Assembly: GCA_965228735.1 (NCBI GenBank)
Contig: OZ245838.1
Location: 6,336,001-6,400,000 of the forward strand
Length of the DNA: 64,000 nt
Source: Planctomycetota bacterium
GTDB lineage: Bacteria > Planctomycetota > UBA1135 > UBA2386
Reading direction: 5' to 3'
Shown here one piece after another: positions 28,238 to 37,964 of this stretch. Position numbers and translations under genes: made by a program. Position 1 is the first letter of the stretch; every line of letters begins with the position of its first letter. The notes beneath the pieces are model-generated. The model was not told the DNA's origin, made no database searches, and worked only from the letters and a program-made list of their open reading frames with translations.

Positions 28238-29998
28238 ATGGTTGCAGCTACCGGCCTCATCGGCAACTGTTCGTTCAATGCCCTGATCCAGGAGGGGCGG
28301 GTGGCCTGGCTGTGCTGGCCGCGACCCGACAGCAGTTTCGTGTTCGGCGAGCTGCTCGACCGCGAGCAGGCGGGGGTCTACGCGATCGAACCGGACGGCG
28401 AGTACACGACGACCGTCGAGTACGTCGAGAACACCAACATCCTGCGGACGGTGTTCCGGAGCAGCAGCGGCGCGTTCGAGGTGCTCGACTTCGCGCCGCG
28501 CTTTCCGCTGTTCAACCGCTGGTATCGCCCCAAGATGCTCGTGCGGATCGTGCGGCCGCTCGAGGGCGAGCCGACGATCCGCGTGCGCTGCGAGCCGGTG
28601 TACGACTACGGCCGGCAGCAGCCGCAGGTCTGGACGTCGAGCAACCACATCCAGTTCGGCGGTTTCCCGGCGCCGCTGCGGCTCACGACGAACGCGCCGC
28701 TGACCTACGTGCGGCGGGCGACGCCGTTCCTGCTCACGCGCGACCTGCACTTCGTGCTGACCTGGGGTGAGCCGCTCGAGGCGCCGCTCGAGGAGACCGC
28801 GGAGTCGTTCTACGTGCAGACTCGGGACGCCTGGCGCCGTTGGGTCAAGAGCGGCCGCATCCCGCGCGAGTGGCAGCCCGAGGTCATTCGTTCGGCGCTG
28901 GCGCTCAAGCTGCACCAGTTCGACGACACCGGGGCGCTGCTCGCCGCGACGACGACGAGCCTGCCCGAGTCCCCGGGTTCGGGCCGGACGTGGGACTACC
29001 GCTACTGCTGGATTCGCGACGCCTACTTCACGATCGACGCGTTCGAACGGCTCGGCTACGCGGAGGAGATGGAGAAGTTCCTGCTCTTCCTGCGCAACCT
29101 GTGCGGTGACGGGCACTGCGAGTTCCAGCCGGTCTACGCGATCGACCTCGAGGCCACGCTCGAGGAGCAGATCCTCGATCACCTGGAGGGCTTCCAGGGG
29201 GACGGCCCCGTGCGCATCGGCAACCAGGCGTACAGCCAGATCCAGCACGACGTCTACGGGGAGCTCATCCTGTCGATGAGCCGGCTGCTGCTGGATTCGC
29301 GCTTCCGCGGCGGCGAAGGCGTCGACGGCGCGGGTCACCTCGTCGAGGGGCTCGTGTCCCAGATCGAGGCCAAGCTCGAAGAGCCGGACGCCGGCCTGTG
29401 GGAGCTGCGCGGCAGCAAGTTCGTGCACACGTTCACGCTGCTCACGCACTGGGCCGGCGCGCGCCGCGCGGTCGACATCGCGCAGGTGCTGCGCGTGCCG
29501 GCGCTCGAGGCGCAGGCGCGCCGCGTCATGGCGCGGGCGTCGGACTACCTGTGGGAGAAGTGCTGGAACGACAAGATCGGCTCGTTCACGCAGGCGGCCG
29601 GGCGTGACAACCTCGACGCGTCGAGCCTGCTCGCGCTGCACTTCGGCTTCGTCCGCGGGGACGATCCGCGGGCCCGCCGCATGGTCGACGCGATCCAGAA
29701 GCAACTCGAACTGCCCAACGGCATGCTGCGGCGCTACGACGTCGAGGACGACTTCGGCGTGCCGGACGCGGCGTTCACGGTCTGCACGTTCTGGCTCGTC
29801 GACGCGCTCGCGATGGTCGGTCGGCAGGAGGACGCGCGCGCGCTGTTCGGTTCGGTGCTGTCGCACCACAACGGCCTCGGCCTGTTCGCCGAGGACCTCC
29901 TGACTGGCGACGGCGCGCAGAGCGGCAACTTCCCGCAGACCTACAGCCACGTCGGCCTGATCAACGCGGCGTTCCGGCTCAGTCGGTCTTGGGACTGA
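28238..29998 (+). CDS. Glycoside hydrolase family 15 (trehalase/glucoamylase-like)
   Basis: GLIGNC, AATTTSLPE..G..RTWDYRYCWIRDA, GLWELRG, GNFPQTYSHVGLIN. Confidence 0.93.
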   Translation: MVAATGLIGNCSFNALIQEGRVAWLCWPRPDSSFVFGELLDREQAGVYAIEPDGEYTTTVEYVENTNILRTVFRSSSGAFEVLDFAPRFPLFNRWYRPKMLVRIVRPLEGEPTIRVRCEPVYDYGRQQPQVWTSSNHIQFGGFPAPLRLTTNAPLTYVRRATPFLLTRDLHFVLTWGEPLEAPLEETAESFYVQTRDAWRRWVKSGRIPREWQPEVIRSALALKLHQFDDTGALLAATTTSLPESPGSGRTWDYRYCWIRDAYFTIDAFERLGYAEEMEKFLLFLRNLCGDGHCEFQPVYAIDLEATLEEQILDHLEGFQGDGPVRIGNQAYSQIQHDVYGELILSMSRLLLDSRFRGGEGVDGAGHLVEGLVSQIEAKLEEPDAGLWELRGSKFVHTFTLLTHWAGARRAVDIAQVLRVPALEAQARRVMARASDYLWEKCWNDKIGSFTQAAGRDNLDASSLLALHFGFVRGDDPRARRMVDAIQKQLELPNGMLRRYDVEDDFGVPDAAFTVCTFWLVDALAMVGRQEDARALFGSVLSHHNGLGLFAEDLLTGDGAQSGNFPQTYSHVGLINAAFRLSRSWD

Positions 29999-30033
29999 TC
30001 GGCCCGTCGCTTCTCAGCCGATCACGCCGTCTG

Positions 30034-30906
30034 CTATTCGCCGTCGCCGAGGCGGCGCGCGAGCTCGTCCAGGTCGCAGGCCGCGATCTCCGCCGCCGCC
30101 ACCGGACCGAGCAGCTCGAAGCGCTCCCGCTCGAGCGGCGTGCGGCAGTCGTCGCGGTCCGGCTCGTCGTCGCGGGGCTGCTTCCTGCTCGCGGGTTCGC
30201 CGAACGCCGCCGTCCAGTCGGCGGCTGGCTCGGCGTCCCAATTGTCGACCGAACCGTAGTCCGCGAACGAACGGTCCTCGACCGATCCGGTCGCATCCTC
30301 CCCGACCGGCGGGTTCTCGTGCAACGATCGCCAGGTCGCGCGGTCGCCGGGGCTGTCGAAGCCGTCGTCGAGGTCGTCGATCCCGAGGTCGTCGTTCTCC
30401 GTGCGGAACCCGGTGGCCGTGGGGCCGAGCGGTTCGGCTCCGACGCCGTCCTCGCGGCGCCCCCGACCGGCGCCGAGCTGCAGCCCGAACGGATCGAACC
30501 CGGACGGATCGCGCTCGCGACTCGGGTTGCCGCGGCTCTGGCCCCCTTCGAACGGATCCCGTCCGAACGGGTCGCCGCCGGCCGCGTCACGACCCCATAC
30601 CGGCTCGTGCGTCGTGCCGGCGAGCCGCGGTTCGAACAACTCGAACGGCTGGCGTAGCCGCGAGAAGCGCCCGGGGTCGGCGCGGCGCGCGTGCGCGAAC
30701 TCCCGGCGCCAGCCGGCGTAGTCGCCGTTGTCGTAGGCGATCCGGCCGAGGTGGATGTAGGCCGCGAAGTCGTCACCCTTGAGCCGCAGCACGCGTTCGT
30801 ACTGCCGCCTGGCGCGTTCGCGCAGCCCGAGCCGGAACGCCACCCAGCCGCACATGGCAGCGAGGCGCGCGGCCGCGGATCGGAGGAGCTGCTCGGCCGG
30901 AATCAT
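30034..30906 (-). CDS. Hypothetical protein: N-terminal TPR plus acidic disordered tail
   Basis: ARRQYERVL..KGDDFAAYIHLGRIAY TPR-like segment. D/G/P-rich region with DPF motifs. Confidence 0.6.
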   Translation of the reverse strand: MIPAEQLLRSAAARLAAMCGWVAFRLGLRERARRQYERVLRLKGDDFAAYIHLGRIAYDNGDYAGWRREFAHARRADPGRFSRLRQPFELFEPRLAGTTHEPVWGRDAAGGDPFGRDPFEGGQSRGNPSRERDPSGFDPFGLQLGAGRGRREDGVGAEPLGPTATGFRTENDDLGIDDLDDGFDSPGDRATWRSLHENPPVGEDATGSVEDRSFADYGSVDNWDAEPAADWTAAFGEPASRKQPRDDEPDRDDCRTPLERERFELLGPVAAAEIAACDLDELARRLGDGE

Positions 30907-31164
30907 CGGGGCCAGAGGGTACGGCGCGGAGTGACGGGGCACAAGCGGTCAAGGGTCCTCTGGGAGCGGCGTTCGTGGCGGCGTCCGCCCGATGGCGTGG
31001 CGGCTGTCGTTGCGCCGCGCAGGATTCGCCCGATCCACGGTCGTGACACCGGGTTCAGGCCGCCAGGACGCGGTGGGGGCAGGCTTTCCCTCAAATGCTC
31101 AGGGCGCCGGGGCCAAACGTCGATAGAGGGCACGATTCGGCATTGACCGAAGGACAGGAAGACC

Positions 31165-34100
31165 ATGGCACTCAGAGGGGATCTAGCAAGCGTCGATCTG
31201 GCACAGGTGTTCCAGATGCTGGCCATGAATCAAAAGGTCGGCCTTCTGAGCATCCAGTCCAAGCGGCTGTGGAAGGTGCTGCACTTCGATCAGCGCGGCG
31301 TCACCATGCATCACAACGAGCATGCCGTGATGGACCGCGTCGTGGCCGGGTTCGTCCGGCTCGGCCGCCTGCGCGAGGACGCGCTCGAAGAGGTGCAGGA
31401 TCATGCGGCGCGCATGGGGCAGCCGCTCGTCGACAGCCTGCTGGCCGGCGGTTATCTCGACGCGGCCGAACTCGAGGAGCGTTATCGCTTCGAGCTCGAG
31501 GAAGAGCTCTACGACCTGTTCTTCTGCCGCGATGCGCGCTTCGAGTTCCACGAGAACGCGGCGACGCTCGAGGGCTTCGACGGCAAGACCGACGACCGCT
31601 TCCTGTTCAACTGCGACAGCATCGTCATGGAGGCCGCGCGCCGCATCGACGAGTGGGCCTACATCGTCGAACGTGTGCCGGCGGACGACGAGGTCTACCT
31701 GGCCCAGGTCGACTCGATCGCGACCGACGAGATCGGTGACGACGGGGCCGCGGTGTTCGAGCTGCTCGATGGTCGGCGCACGATCGCGCGGCTCATCGAG
31801 CTCACGGGCCAGTCGCGCTTCCAGGTCTTCAAGACGCTGAGCATCCTGCTCGACTCGGGCGCGATCGCGCCGGCCCACGAGGACGACCTCGTCGACTTCG
31901 GTGTCGAGTGCCTCGAGGAGGGCCGGCTCGAGGAGGCGGCCAGCCTGTTCGAGCGTGCCGCTGCCCTCGGCGTCGGGCTGCCGGACGTCCACGGGCTGGC
32001 AGCCAACGCGTACACGCAGGCGGAGAAGTTCGGCGACGCCGCGCGCCATCTCGAGGCCGAGGCCGATTGCCTGCTCGATCAGAACGAGCCGAACAAGGCC
32101 GCGCGCAAGCTGCTCGAGCTGCGTCAGATGCTGCCGACGTCGCTGTCGGCGCGCGAGAAGCTCGCCGACATCGCGCTCGACCACAACCTGTCGCTGCCCG
32201 ACTTCGACGCTCTGGCCGAAGGCAAGGAGATCGTCGAACTGCTGCTCGCGTTCGGCGACGTCGAGCGCGTGCGGGCGCTGCTCGAGCGGCTGCTCGTCGT
32301 CGTGCCGGACGACCTCGACCTCAAGAAGGCGCTCATCAGCGTCCACATCAAGGCCGGGGACCAGCAGCGCGTCGCGGAGCTCTACGAGGCGATCGCCGAA
32401 GATCTGGTCGAAGCCGGCCAGCCGCTCGAGGCCGTTGGCTACCTGCAGAAGATCCTGCTCATGGATCGCAGCCGCACCGACATCTCGGCGCGGGTGCGGG
32501 AGCTCTACGAATGCGACGAGCGGGCGCGACGGCGGATGCGCATCCTGGGTGCGCTGGCCTGCCTGTTCTGCGTGCTCGTCATCGGCGGCGCCTTCTACTG
32601 GTTCTACAACGAACGGGCGAAGCAGGAGTTCGAGAAGATCGACGTGCGTGAACTCGTCGCGCACCAGGACTTCGCCGGCGCGGCGATCGCCTACCGGGAC
32701 TTCGTCAATCAGTTCCCGTTCACGTCGGTCGTCGGTCAGGCCGAGAACGAGCTGAAGCGCATCGAGGCCGAGCAGAAGAAGTTCGACGCCAAGCTGGCGG
32801 CCGAGCGCGCCGAGCGGCAGCGCGAGATCGACCGGTTGCGCCGCGAGTACAAGAAGGGCTGGAAGCTCCACCGCGAGCAGTTCCTCGACGGCGCGCCGGC
32901 CGAAGCCATCGAGACCCTGCGCAAGGTGCGCGAGCAGCTCGAGGCCGCGGGCGCGGCGGAGGACGTCGCGTGGGCGCTGGAGAACGAGGTCGAGCGCCAC
33001 TGGCAGCGGCTGCAGGACTACGTGAACAACGCCAACGAGCTCGCCGTGCAGTACAACAAGGCGCTCGAGGGTGGTGACTGGCAGCTGGCGCGCGAGCACG
33101 CGCTGCACCTCAAGGACAAGTACGAGAACACCGAGGCCAACCGCAAGGTGCACGTGCCGGTGATGATCCGCACGCAGCCGCCCGGCGCCAAGCTGATGCA
33201 CCGCGGGAAGCCGCTGACGCAGAACGTCGACGGCGAGACGGAGCCGCTCGTGACCCCGACGCTGATCTACTGCGCCGATGCGCTCACGCCGGTCGAGCTC
33301 ACGACGGAGCTCGAGGGTTTCGAGAGCAGCACGATCACCGTGCAGCCGATCAAGGATGGTGAGGTCGCGGTCGTGCTCACGGTCGTGCCGGCGCGCCGGC
33401 TCGACTTCCCCGTGCCGCTGCAGTCCGGGATCACCTCGGCCGGCGGCTGGCTCGCGGTCGGCCTGCGCAGCGGCAAGCTCGGCATCGCGAGGACCGATGG
33501 CAGCGGCCAGCGGGTGTTCGACCTGCCGGGTCTCAAGGAGCTGAGCTCGGCGCCGCAGATCTCGACCAACCGGCTCTATTTCGTGAGCAACGAGAACACG
33601 ATCGAGTGCCTCTCCCTCACGACCGCGAAGCCGGTGGCCGGCTGGCCCGCCGCGCTGCCGAACGGCGCCGCGACGGAGCTCGTGGTCGGCGGCGGTCGCC
33701 TCGCGGTGATCGACGGCGCCTACGTCGTGCATTGCTGGGAGCAGGGGCGCGGTTCGCACCTCTGGTCCGTGTCGCTCGACAGTGCGCCCGCGGGGCCGCC
33801 GACGATGGCCGGCCGCAACCTGCTCGTCGGGACGAACGACGGGCGCGTGCTGAACATCGATGTCACGAACGGACGGATCCGCAACGTGCTGCGGACGCGC
33901 GAGAGCCTGAGCACGCGGCCGTTGACCGACGGCAAGATCGTCGTGTTCGGCTGCTCGTCGGGCCTCGTTCGCGCGATCGAACTCGAGACCGGCCGGGTGC
34001 TCTGGGATCAGCAGCTGCCCGCGAAGGTCGTCGACGGCACGCTGATGCTCGCGAGCGGCCACGTCGCCTGCGCGCATGGCCGCGAACTCGTCGTTTGGAA

Positions 34101-34371
34101 CCGCGACACCGGCACGGAAGCCGGGCGCCGCGACCTCGGCGCCGAGGTCCAGCCCGGGATGGGGCTGCAGGGCGATCAGCTGCTCGTGCGCGTTCGGCGC
34201 AAGAAGGAGGGCCGACGTCGCACGCGCGACGTGCTCGTCGCCGTCGACGTCGCCAGCGCCAACGTGCTCTGGGAATACGAGAGCGAGACCGTCAGCCCCG
34301 GGGCTTTCGGTGTGGACAGCATGTCGATCGCGTTCCCGGGCGCGGAGAACCAGGTGGTGTTGTTCCGCTAG
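31165..34371 (+). CDS. DUF4388 - TPR - TM - coiled coil - PEGA - PQQ/BamB-like propeller membrane-spanning protein
   Basis: MALRGDLASVDLAQVFQML...GLL (DUF4388), MEAARRIDEW, TPR helices, TM ILGALACLFCVLVIGGAFYWFY, IRTQPPGAKL, G..LW propeller repeats. Confidence 0.85.
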   Translation: MALRGDLASVDLAQVFQMLAMNQKVGLLSIQSKRLWKVLHFDQRGVTMHHNEHAVMDRVVAGFVRLGRLREDALEEVQDHAARMGQPLVDSLLAGGYLDAAELEERYRFELEEELYDLFFCRDARFEFHENAATLEGFDGKTDDRFLFNCDSIVMEAARRIDEWAYIVERVPADDEVYLAQVDSIATDEIGDDGAAVFELLDGRRTIARLIELTGQSRFQVFKTLSILLDSGAIAPAHEDDLVDFGVECLEEGRLEEAASLFERAAALGVGLPDVHGLAANAYTQAEKFGDAARHLEAEADCLLDQNEPNKAARKLLELRQMLPTSLSAREKLADIALDHNLSLPDFDALAEGKEIVELLLAFGDVERVRALLERLLVVVPDDLDLKKALISVHIKAGDQQRVAELYEAIAEDLVEAGQPLEAVGYLQKILLMDRSRTDISARVRELYECDERARRRMRILGALACLFCVLVIGGAFYWFYNERAKQEFEKIDVRELVAHQDFAGAAIAYRDFVNQFPFTSVVGQAENELKRIEAEQKKFDAKLAAERAERQREIDRLRREYKKGWKLHREQFLDGAPAEAIETLRKVREQLEAAGAAEDVAWALENEVERHWQRLQDYVNNANELAVQYNKALEGGDWQLAREHALHLKDKYENTEANRKVHVPVMIRTQPPGAKLMHRGKPLTQNVDGETEPLVTPTLIYCADALTPVELTTELEGFESSTITVQPIKDGEVAVVLTVVPARRLDFPVPLQSGITSAGGWLAVGLRSGKLGIARTDGSGQRVFDLPGLKELSSAPQISTNRLYFVSNENTIECLSLTTAKPVAGWPAALPNGAATELVVGGGRLAVIDGAYVVHCWEQGRGSHLWSVSLDSAPAGPPTMAGRNLLVGTNDGRVLNIDVTNGRIRNVLRTRESLSTRPLTDGKIVVFGCSSGLVRAIELETGRVLWDQQLPAKVVDGTLMLASGHVACAHGRELVVWNRDTGTEAGRRDLGAEVQPGMGLQGDQLLVRVRRKKEGRRRTRDVLVAVDVASANVLWEYESETVSPGAFGVDSMSIAFPGAENQVVLFR

Positions 34372-34405
34372 GCCGCGAGGCTGGGCAGGAGCCTGAGGCA
34401 GATCG

Positions 34406-35506
34406 ATGCAGCTCATTCAACGAATGAAGATCTGGAAGGAGCTCAAGCGGCTCGAGATTCGAGTCCGTGAGGAGCCCTCCCCGACGACGTTCGTCGATCT
34501 GGGCCAGGTCTACATCAACCTCGAGAGTTACGACAAGGCGCTGCGCGTCGCGGAGGACGGGCTCGCGCTCTTCCCGAAGGCGAGCGAGATGAAGAAGCTG
34601 CTCGACACCGCGCGTCGCGGTCTCGGGAAGCAGCGCGCCACCGAGCTCAAGGCCAAACTCATCCGGTCGCCGAGTCCGAAGCTGTTCCGCGAGGTCGCGG
34701 AGCTGCAGATGGACCTCGGGGACGTCGCGGCGCTCAACCAGACCTGCCAGGAGTGGAGCCTGCGCTTCCCGGACGACGCGGGTGCGTGGCTACTGCTGGG
34801 TCAAGCGCGACTGCTCGGCTTCTACCGCGACCTCGCGGCGCGCGAAGGGCGCGAGGCGGTGCGGTGCCTCGACCGCGCGATCGAGATGAAGGGCGACGAC
34901 GAGCAGGCCCACCGGCTGCTCGGCGAGGTCCTCTACCGGGTCGGCGCCGTGAAGCAGTCGATGGAACACCTCGAGGTCGCGAAGGGTCTGCACCGCGGCG
35001 ACTCCGAGCTCGAGCAGCTGCTCAAGTACGTGGCCGGGCTCGAGGACAAGGGCATCGACGTCGAACAGCTGTTCGTCGAGGTCGAGGAGCGCGGCAGCCT
35101 GATGCACCCGCCCGCGGCGGCGGCCGGCGGCGCCGGCGAGATGGGCGTGACGAGCATCCGCGAGGCGCTCGGTCACATCGCGGACATCGAGGGCGTGACC
35201 AAGGCGACCTACATCAAGGGGTCGCGCGCGCTCGTCAAGGGTCAGATCAAGGACGGTCGCGACCCGTTCCTGCGGATCGTGCGCGTCATCGCCAAGGCGG
35301 CGCATCGCTTCGGTCGCCGGCTCGACATCGGCAACGCGTGCAAGAACGTCGTCGACGGCGAGTTCGGGCACATCTGCGTGTGCGTCTACGGCGAGGTCCT
35401 CGCCGGCGTGCAGTGTGAGAAGGGCACCGATCTCGAGCTCGTGCTCGGCGAGCTCCAGGAGATCGTCGCGGGTTCGCTGACGCCGATGGGAGGGACGAAC
35501 TCGTGA
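34406..35506 (+). CDS. TPR protein with C-terminal Roadblock/LC7-like domain
   Basis: FVDLGQVY...YDKAL..AEDGL.LFP TPRs. C-terminal IREALGHIADIEGV...LDIG....VVDGEFGHI matches the Roadblock pattern. Confidence 0.75.
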   Translation: MQLIQRMKIWKELKRLEIRVREEPSPTTFVDLGQVYINLESYDKALRVAEDGLALFPKASEMKKLLDTARRGLGKQRATELKAKLIRSPSPKLFREVAELQMDLGDVAALNQTCQEWSLRFPDDAGAWLLLGQARLLGFYRDLAAREGREAVRCLDRAIEMKGDDEQAHRLLGEVLYRVGAVKQSMEHLEVAKGLHRGDSELEQLLKYVAGLEDKGIDVEQLFVEVEERGSLMHPPAAAAGGAGEMGVTSIREALGHIADIEGVTKATYIKGSRALVKGQIKDGRDPFLRIVRVIAKAAHRFGRRLDIGNACKNVVDGEFGHICVCVYGEVLAGVQCEKGTDLELVLGELQEIVAGSLTPMGGTNS

Positions 35507-35871
35507 AGTCGATCCAGGATGTCCTGAAGGAGCTGTACGGCAGCGGCGGGATCAAGGGGGCGGCGGTCGTCACGCTCGACGGTCTCGTGGCCGCGGGCGA
35601 GCTCGACGAACGCTTCCACTCCGACGTCGTCGGTGGGCTCGCGTCGTTCCTCGTGATGACGATGAACCGGAGCCTGCGCGAGGGTGGGCTCGGCGACTGC
35701 GAACAGTTCCTGCTGCACGCGACCCATGGCAAGGTGGTCCTCGCCGCACTGGGCGAGTCGTACCTCGTCGTGATCTTCGATCAGTTCGCGGACACCCAGA
35801 AGGTGCGCACCGATGTCGATCGGGCCGCCACCCGGCTGCGCGAGCTGTCGCGCCTCGGCTCGGCGAGCTGA
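35503..35871 (+). CDS. Roadblock/LC7 domain protein (MglB/MglC-like)
   Basis: 122 aa: GIKGAAVVTLDGLV...GLGDCEQFLLHATHGKVVL. GTGA overlap with the upstream stop. Confidence 0.88.
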   Translation: MKSIQDVLKELYGSGGIKGAAVVTLDGLVAAGELDERFHSDVVGGLASFLVMTMNRSLREGGLGDCEQFLLHATHGKVVLAALGESYLVVIFDQFADTQKVRTDVDRAATRLRELSRLGSAS

Positions 35872-36111
35872 CGCCGCCCGCCTCGCGGGCCGCCGGGCGC
35901 CTGCGGGCAAACCCGCACCCGGCGCCTCCGGTCCGGCTTCCGGGACGGCTGCGGCGCTGGTGAATCCGGCCGCGATCCGCCCCGCCGGCGTCTCAATCCG
36001 AGCGCACCTGCAACCTTCCTAAAGCGACGTTTCTGCGCGCGTCGATGAGGGATGTGGCGAGACGGTCGGGGGACCGTTCGACCACACCACCAGCTCGCAA
36101 CGGCTACACCA

Positions 36112-37098
36112 ATGGTTCAGATCAACTTCGCACTCAAGGAAGTCAACTGCAAGGTCGTCTTCTATGGCCCCGGGATGAGTGGCAAGACCACGAATCTCGA
36201 GATCGTTCACCAAAAGGCTCCCGAAGAGAACAAGGGCGAGCTCACCTCGATCTCCACGGACGGTGACCGCACGCTGTTCTTCGACTTCATGCCTCTCGAC
36301 CTCGGCAACGTGGCGGGCATGCGGACGAAGTTCCAGCTCTACACGGTGCCGGGTCAGGTCTACTACAACTCGACCCGCAAGCTCGTGCTGCAGGGTGTCG
36401 ACGGCGTCATCTTCGTCGCCGACTCCGATCCGGACAAGGTCGACGAGAACATCGAGTCGTACTCGAACCTGATCGAGAACCTGGCGGAGTACGGCAAGGA
36501 CATCCGCGAGCTGCCGCACGTCATCCAGTACAACAAGCGCGACCTGCCGAATGCACTGCCGGTCGCCGAGCTGGACAAGGCGATGAACAAGTTCGGTGTG
36601 CCGACCTTCGAGGCCGTGGCCTACACGGGCGAGGGCGTCTTCCCGACGCTCAAGACGCTCGCCGCGATGGTCCTCGAGAGCATCGAGAAGGTCGATGGCC
36701 GCAACCCGCGCAAGGCCGCTGGTGGCGGTGCGCGCCAGGCTGCCGCGGCACCCGCCGCGCCCGCAGCTGCCGCCGCGGCCGCGCCGGCCGCTCCGGCTGC
36801 CGCTGCCCCGGCCGCACGGGCGCCCCGCAAGGCGACTGCCGGTGCCGGTGGCCAGCGCAAGGGTGCAGGTCGCCGGTCGGCAGCGGGTGGCCGCGCCGCA
36901 GCGGGCGGTCGCGCCCAGGCCGGTGGTCGCGCTCCCGGTCGCCGCGCCGCGGCCGGCGGCCGCGCTGGCGGCAAACGCGCTGCGGCTGCTGCCCAGAAGA
37001 AGGGTGGCAGCATGGGGCTCGTGGTGGGTCTGACCGTCACGCTGCTGATCGCGGCGGCCGGTGTGGCCTACTTCTTCCTCGGTGACCAGCTGGGCTGA
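36112..37098 (+). CDS. mglA: MglA-family small GTPase with low-complexity linker and C-terminal TM helix
   Basis: KVVFYGPGMSGKTTNL, DRTLFFDF, LYTVPGQV, GVDGVIFVADS, QYNKRDLP, then an A/P/G/R/K-rich linker and MGLVVGLTVTLLIAAAGVAYFFLG. Confidence 0.95.
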   Translation: MVQINFALKEVNCKVVFYGPGMSGKTTNLEIVHQKAPEENKGELTSISTDGDRTLFFDFMPLDLGNVAGMRTKFQLYTVPGQVYYNSTRKLVLQGVDGVIFVADSDPDKVDENIESYSNLIENLAEYGKDIRELPHVIQYNKRDLPNALPVAELDKAMNKFGVPTFEAVAYTGEGVFPTLKTLAAMVLESIEKVDGRNPRKAAGGGARQAAAAPAAPAAAAAAAPAAPAAAAPAARAPRKATAGAGGQRKGAGRRSAAGGRAAAGGRAQAGGRAPGRRAAAGGRAGGKRAAAAAQKKGGSMGLVVGLTVTLLIAAAGVAYFFLGDQLG

Positions 37099-37109
37099 GG
37101 AGGCGACCC

Positions 37110-37622
37110 ATGGGCGACAAACTCTCGAAGAACGAGAAGCTGCGGTACGACCGCCTGACGTTCTACAAGGACGACATCGAGCGCATCGACAAGCTGCTCG
37201 CCGAGTTCTTGCGGTTGTCGGGCGCCAAGTGCGCGCTGCTGATCGACAAGGAAGGTCACCTCGTCACCAAGCGTGGCGAACTCCGCACGATCGACATCGA
37301 TACGATCTCGGCGCTCGTCGCCGGTTCGTTCGCGGCGACGAAGGAGATGGCCAGGCTGCTCGGTGAAGACGAGTTCACCGCGATGTTCCACCAGGGTGAG
37401 CGCGACAACATCCAGCTCTCGCTCGTGGGCGATCGCACTCTGCTGACGATCCTGTTCGACGATCGCACGACCGTCGGCATGGTTCGCCTCTACGCCGGTG
37501 AAACGGCGAAGAAGCTCGCCGAAGTGTACCGCGATGCGATGTCACGCGGTGACGAGACCCCCGATCTCGGTGACGGCTACGGCGAAGCGAGCAAGGGCGC
37601 GCTCGACAAGCTGTTCGACTGA
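37110..37622 (+). CDS. mglB: MglB-family Roadblock protein (putative GAP)
   Basis: ALLIDKEGHLV, ISALVAGSFAATKEMARLLGEDEF..MFHQGERDNI, LFDDRTTVGMVRLY. GAGGAGG Shine-Dalgarno upstream. Confidence 0.93.
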   Translation: MGDKLSKNEKLRYDRLTFYKDDIERIDKLLAEFLRLSGAKCALLIDKEGHLVTKRGELRTIDIDTISALVAGSFAATKEMARLLGEDEFTAMFHQGERDNIQLSLVGDRTLLTILFDDRTTVGMVRLYAGETAKKLAEVYRDAMSRGDETPDLGDGYGEASKGALDKLFD

Positions 37623-37653
37623 GATCGTCGGACGTTCCGACTGACGTTGCACT

Positions 37654-37685
37654 GCGGCCACCGGGACTTCGGTTCCGGTGGCCGC
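37654..37685 (+). terminator. Stem-loop after mglB
   Basis: GCGGCCACCGGGA-CTTCGG-TTCCGGTGGCCGC with a C(UUCG)G tetraloop. Weak T-tract. Confidence 0.6.
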
Positions 37686-37881
37686 GCTGGTTTTGCACTG
37701 CGTGTTCGAAGTTGTTGGCAGCGTCGAGGTGTCGTGCTGTGCGCGGTCCGGATTCGGCTCGAACCGACGCGTTCGAACCCGGTTCCACCGTGATTGGAAA
37801 AGAGTTCACAGGCCGATTTCAGGCGCATTCGTACCAAGCAAAATCAAAAAAAAACTGCCTGGGCCCGAGAACCCGCGAGTT

Positions 37882-37964
37882 CATGCAATGCATGCTGTTT
37901 GTGCTGTAATCGCAATGAATCATAGCGATTCGGATATTGATACGGCGCGGCGTCGCGACACTAT
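37882..37964 (+). promoter_or_regulatory. AT-rich promoter region with two palindromic operators
   Basis: CATGCA-A-TGCATG (37882-37894), AATCGCaATGAaTCATaGCGATT (37908-37930), TTGATA at 37937. Confidence 0.45.

Noticed and set aside
25928..29950. 1340-aa OtsAB fusion as listed in the track
   Set aside because: The N-terminal ~600 aa is the antisense of GH15. The real start is near 28159.
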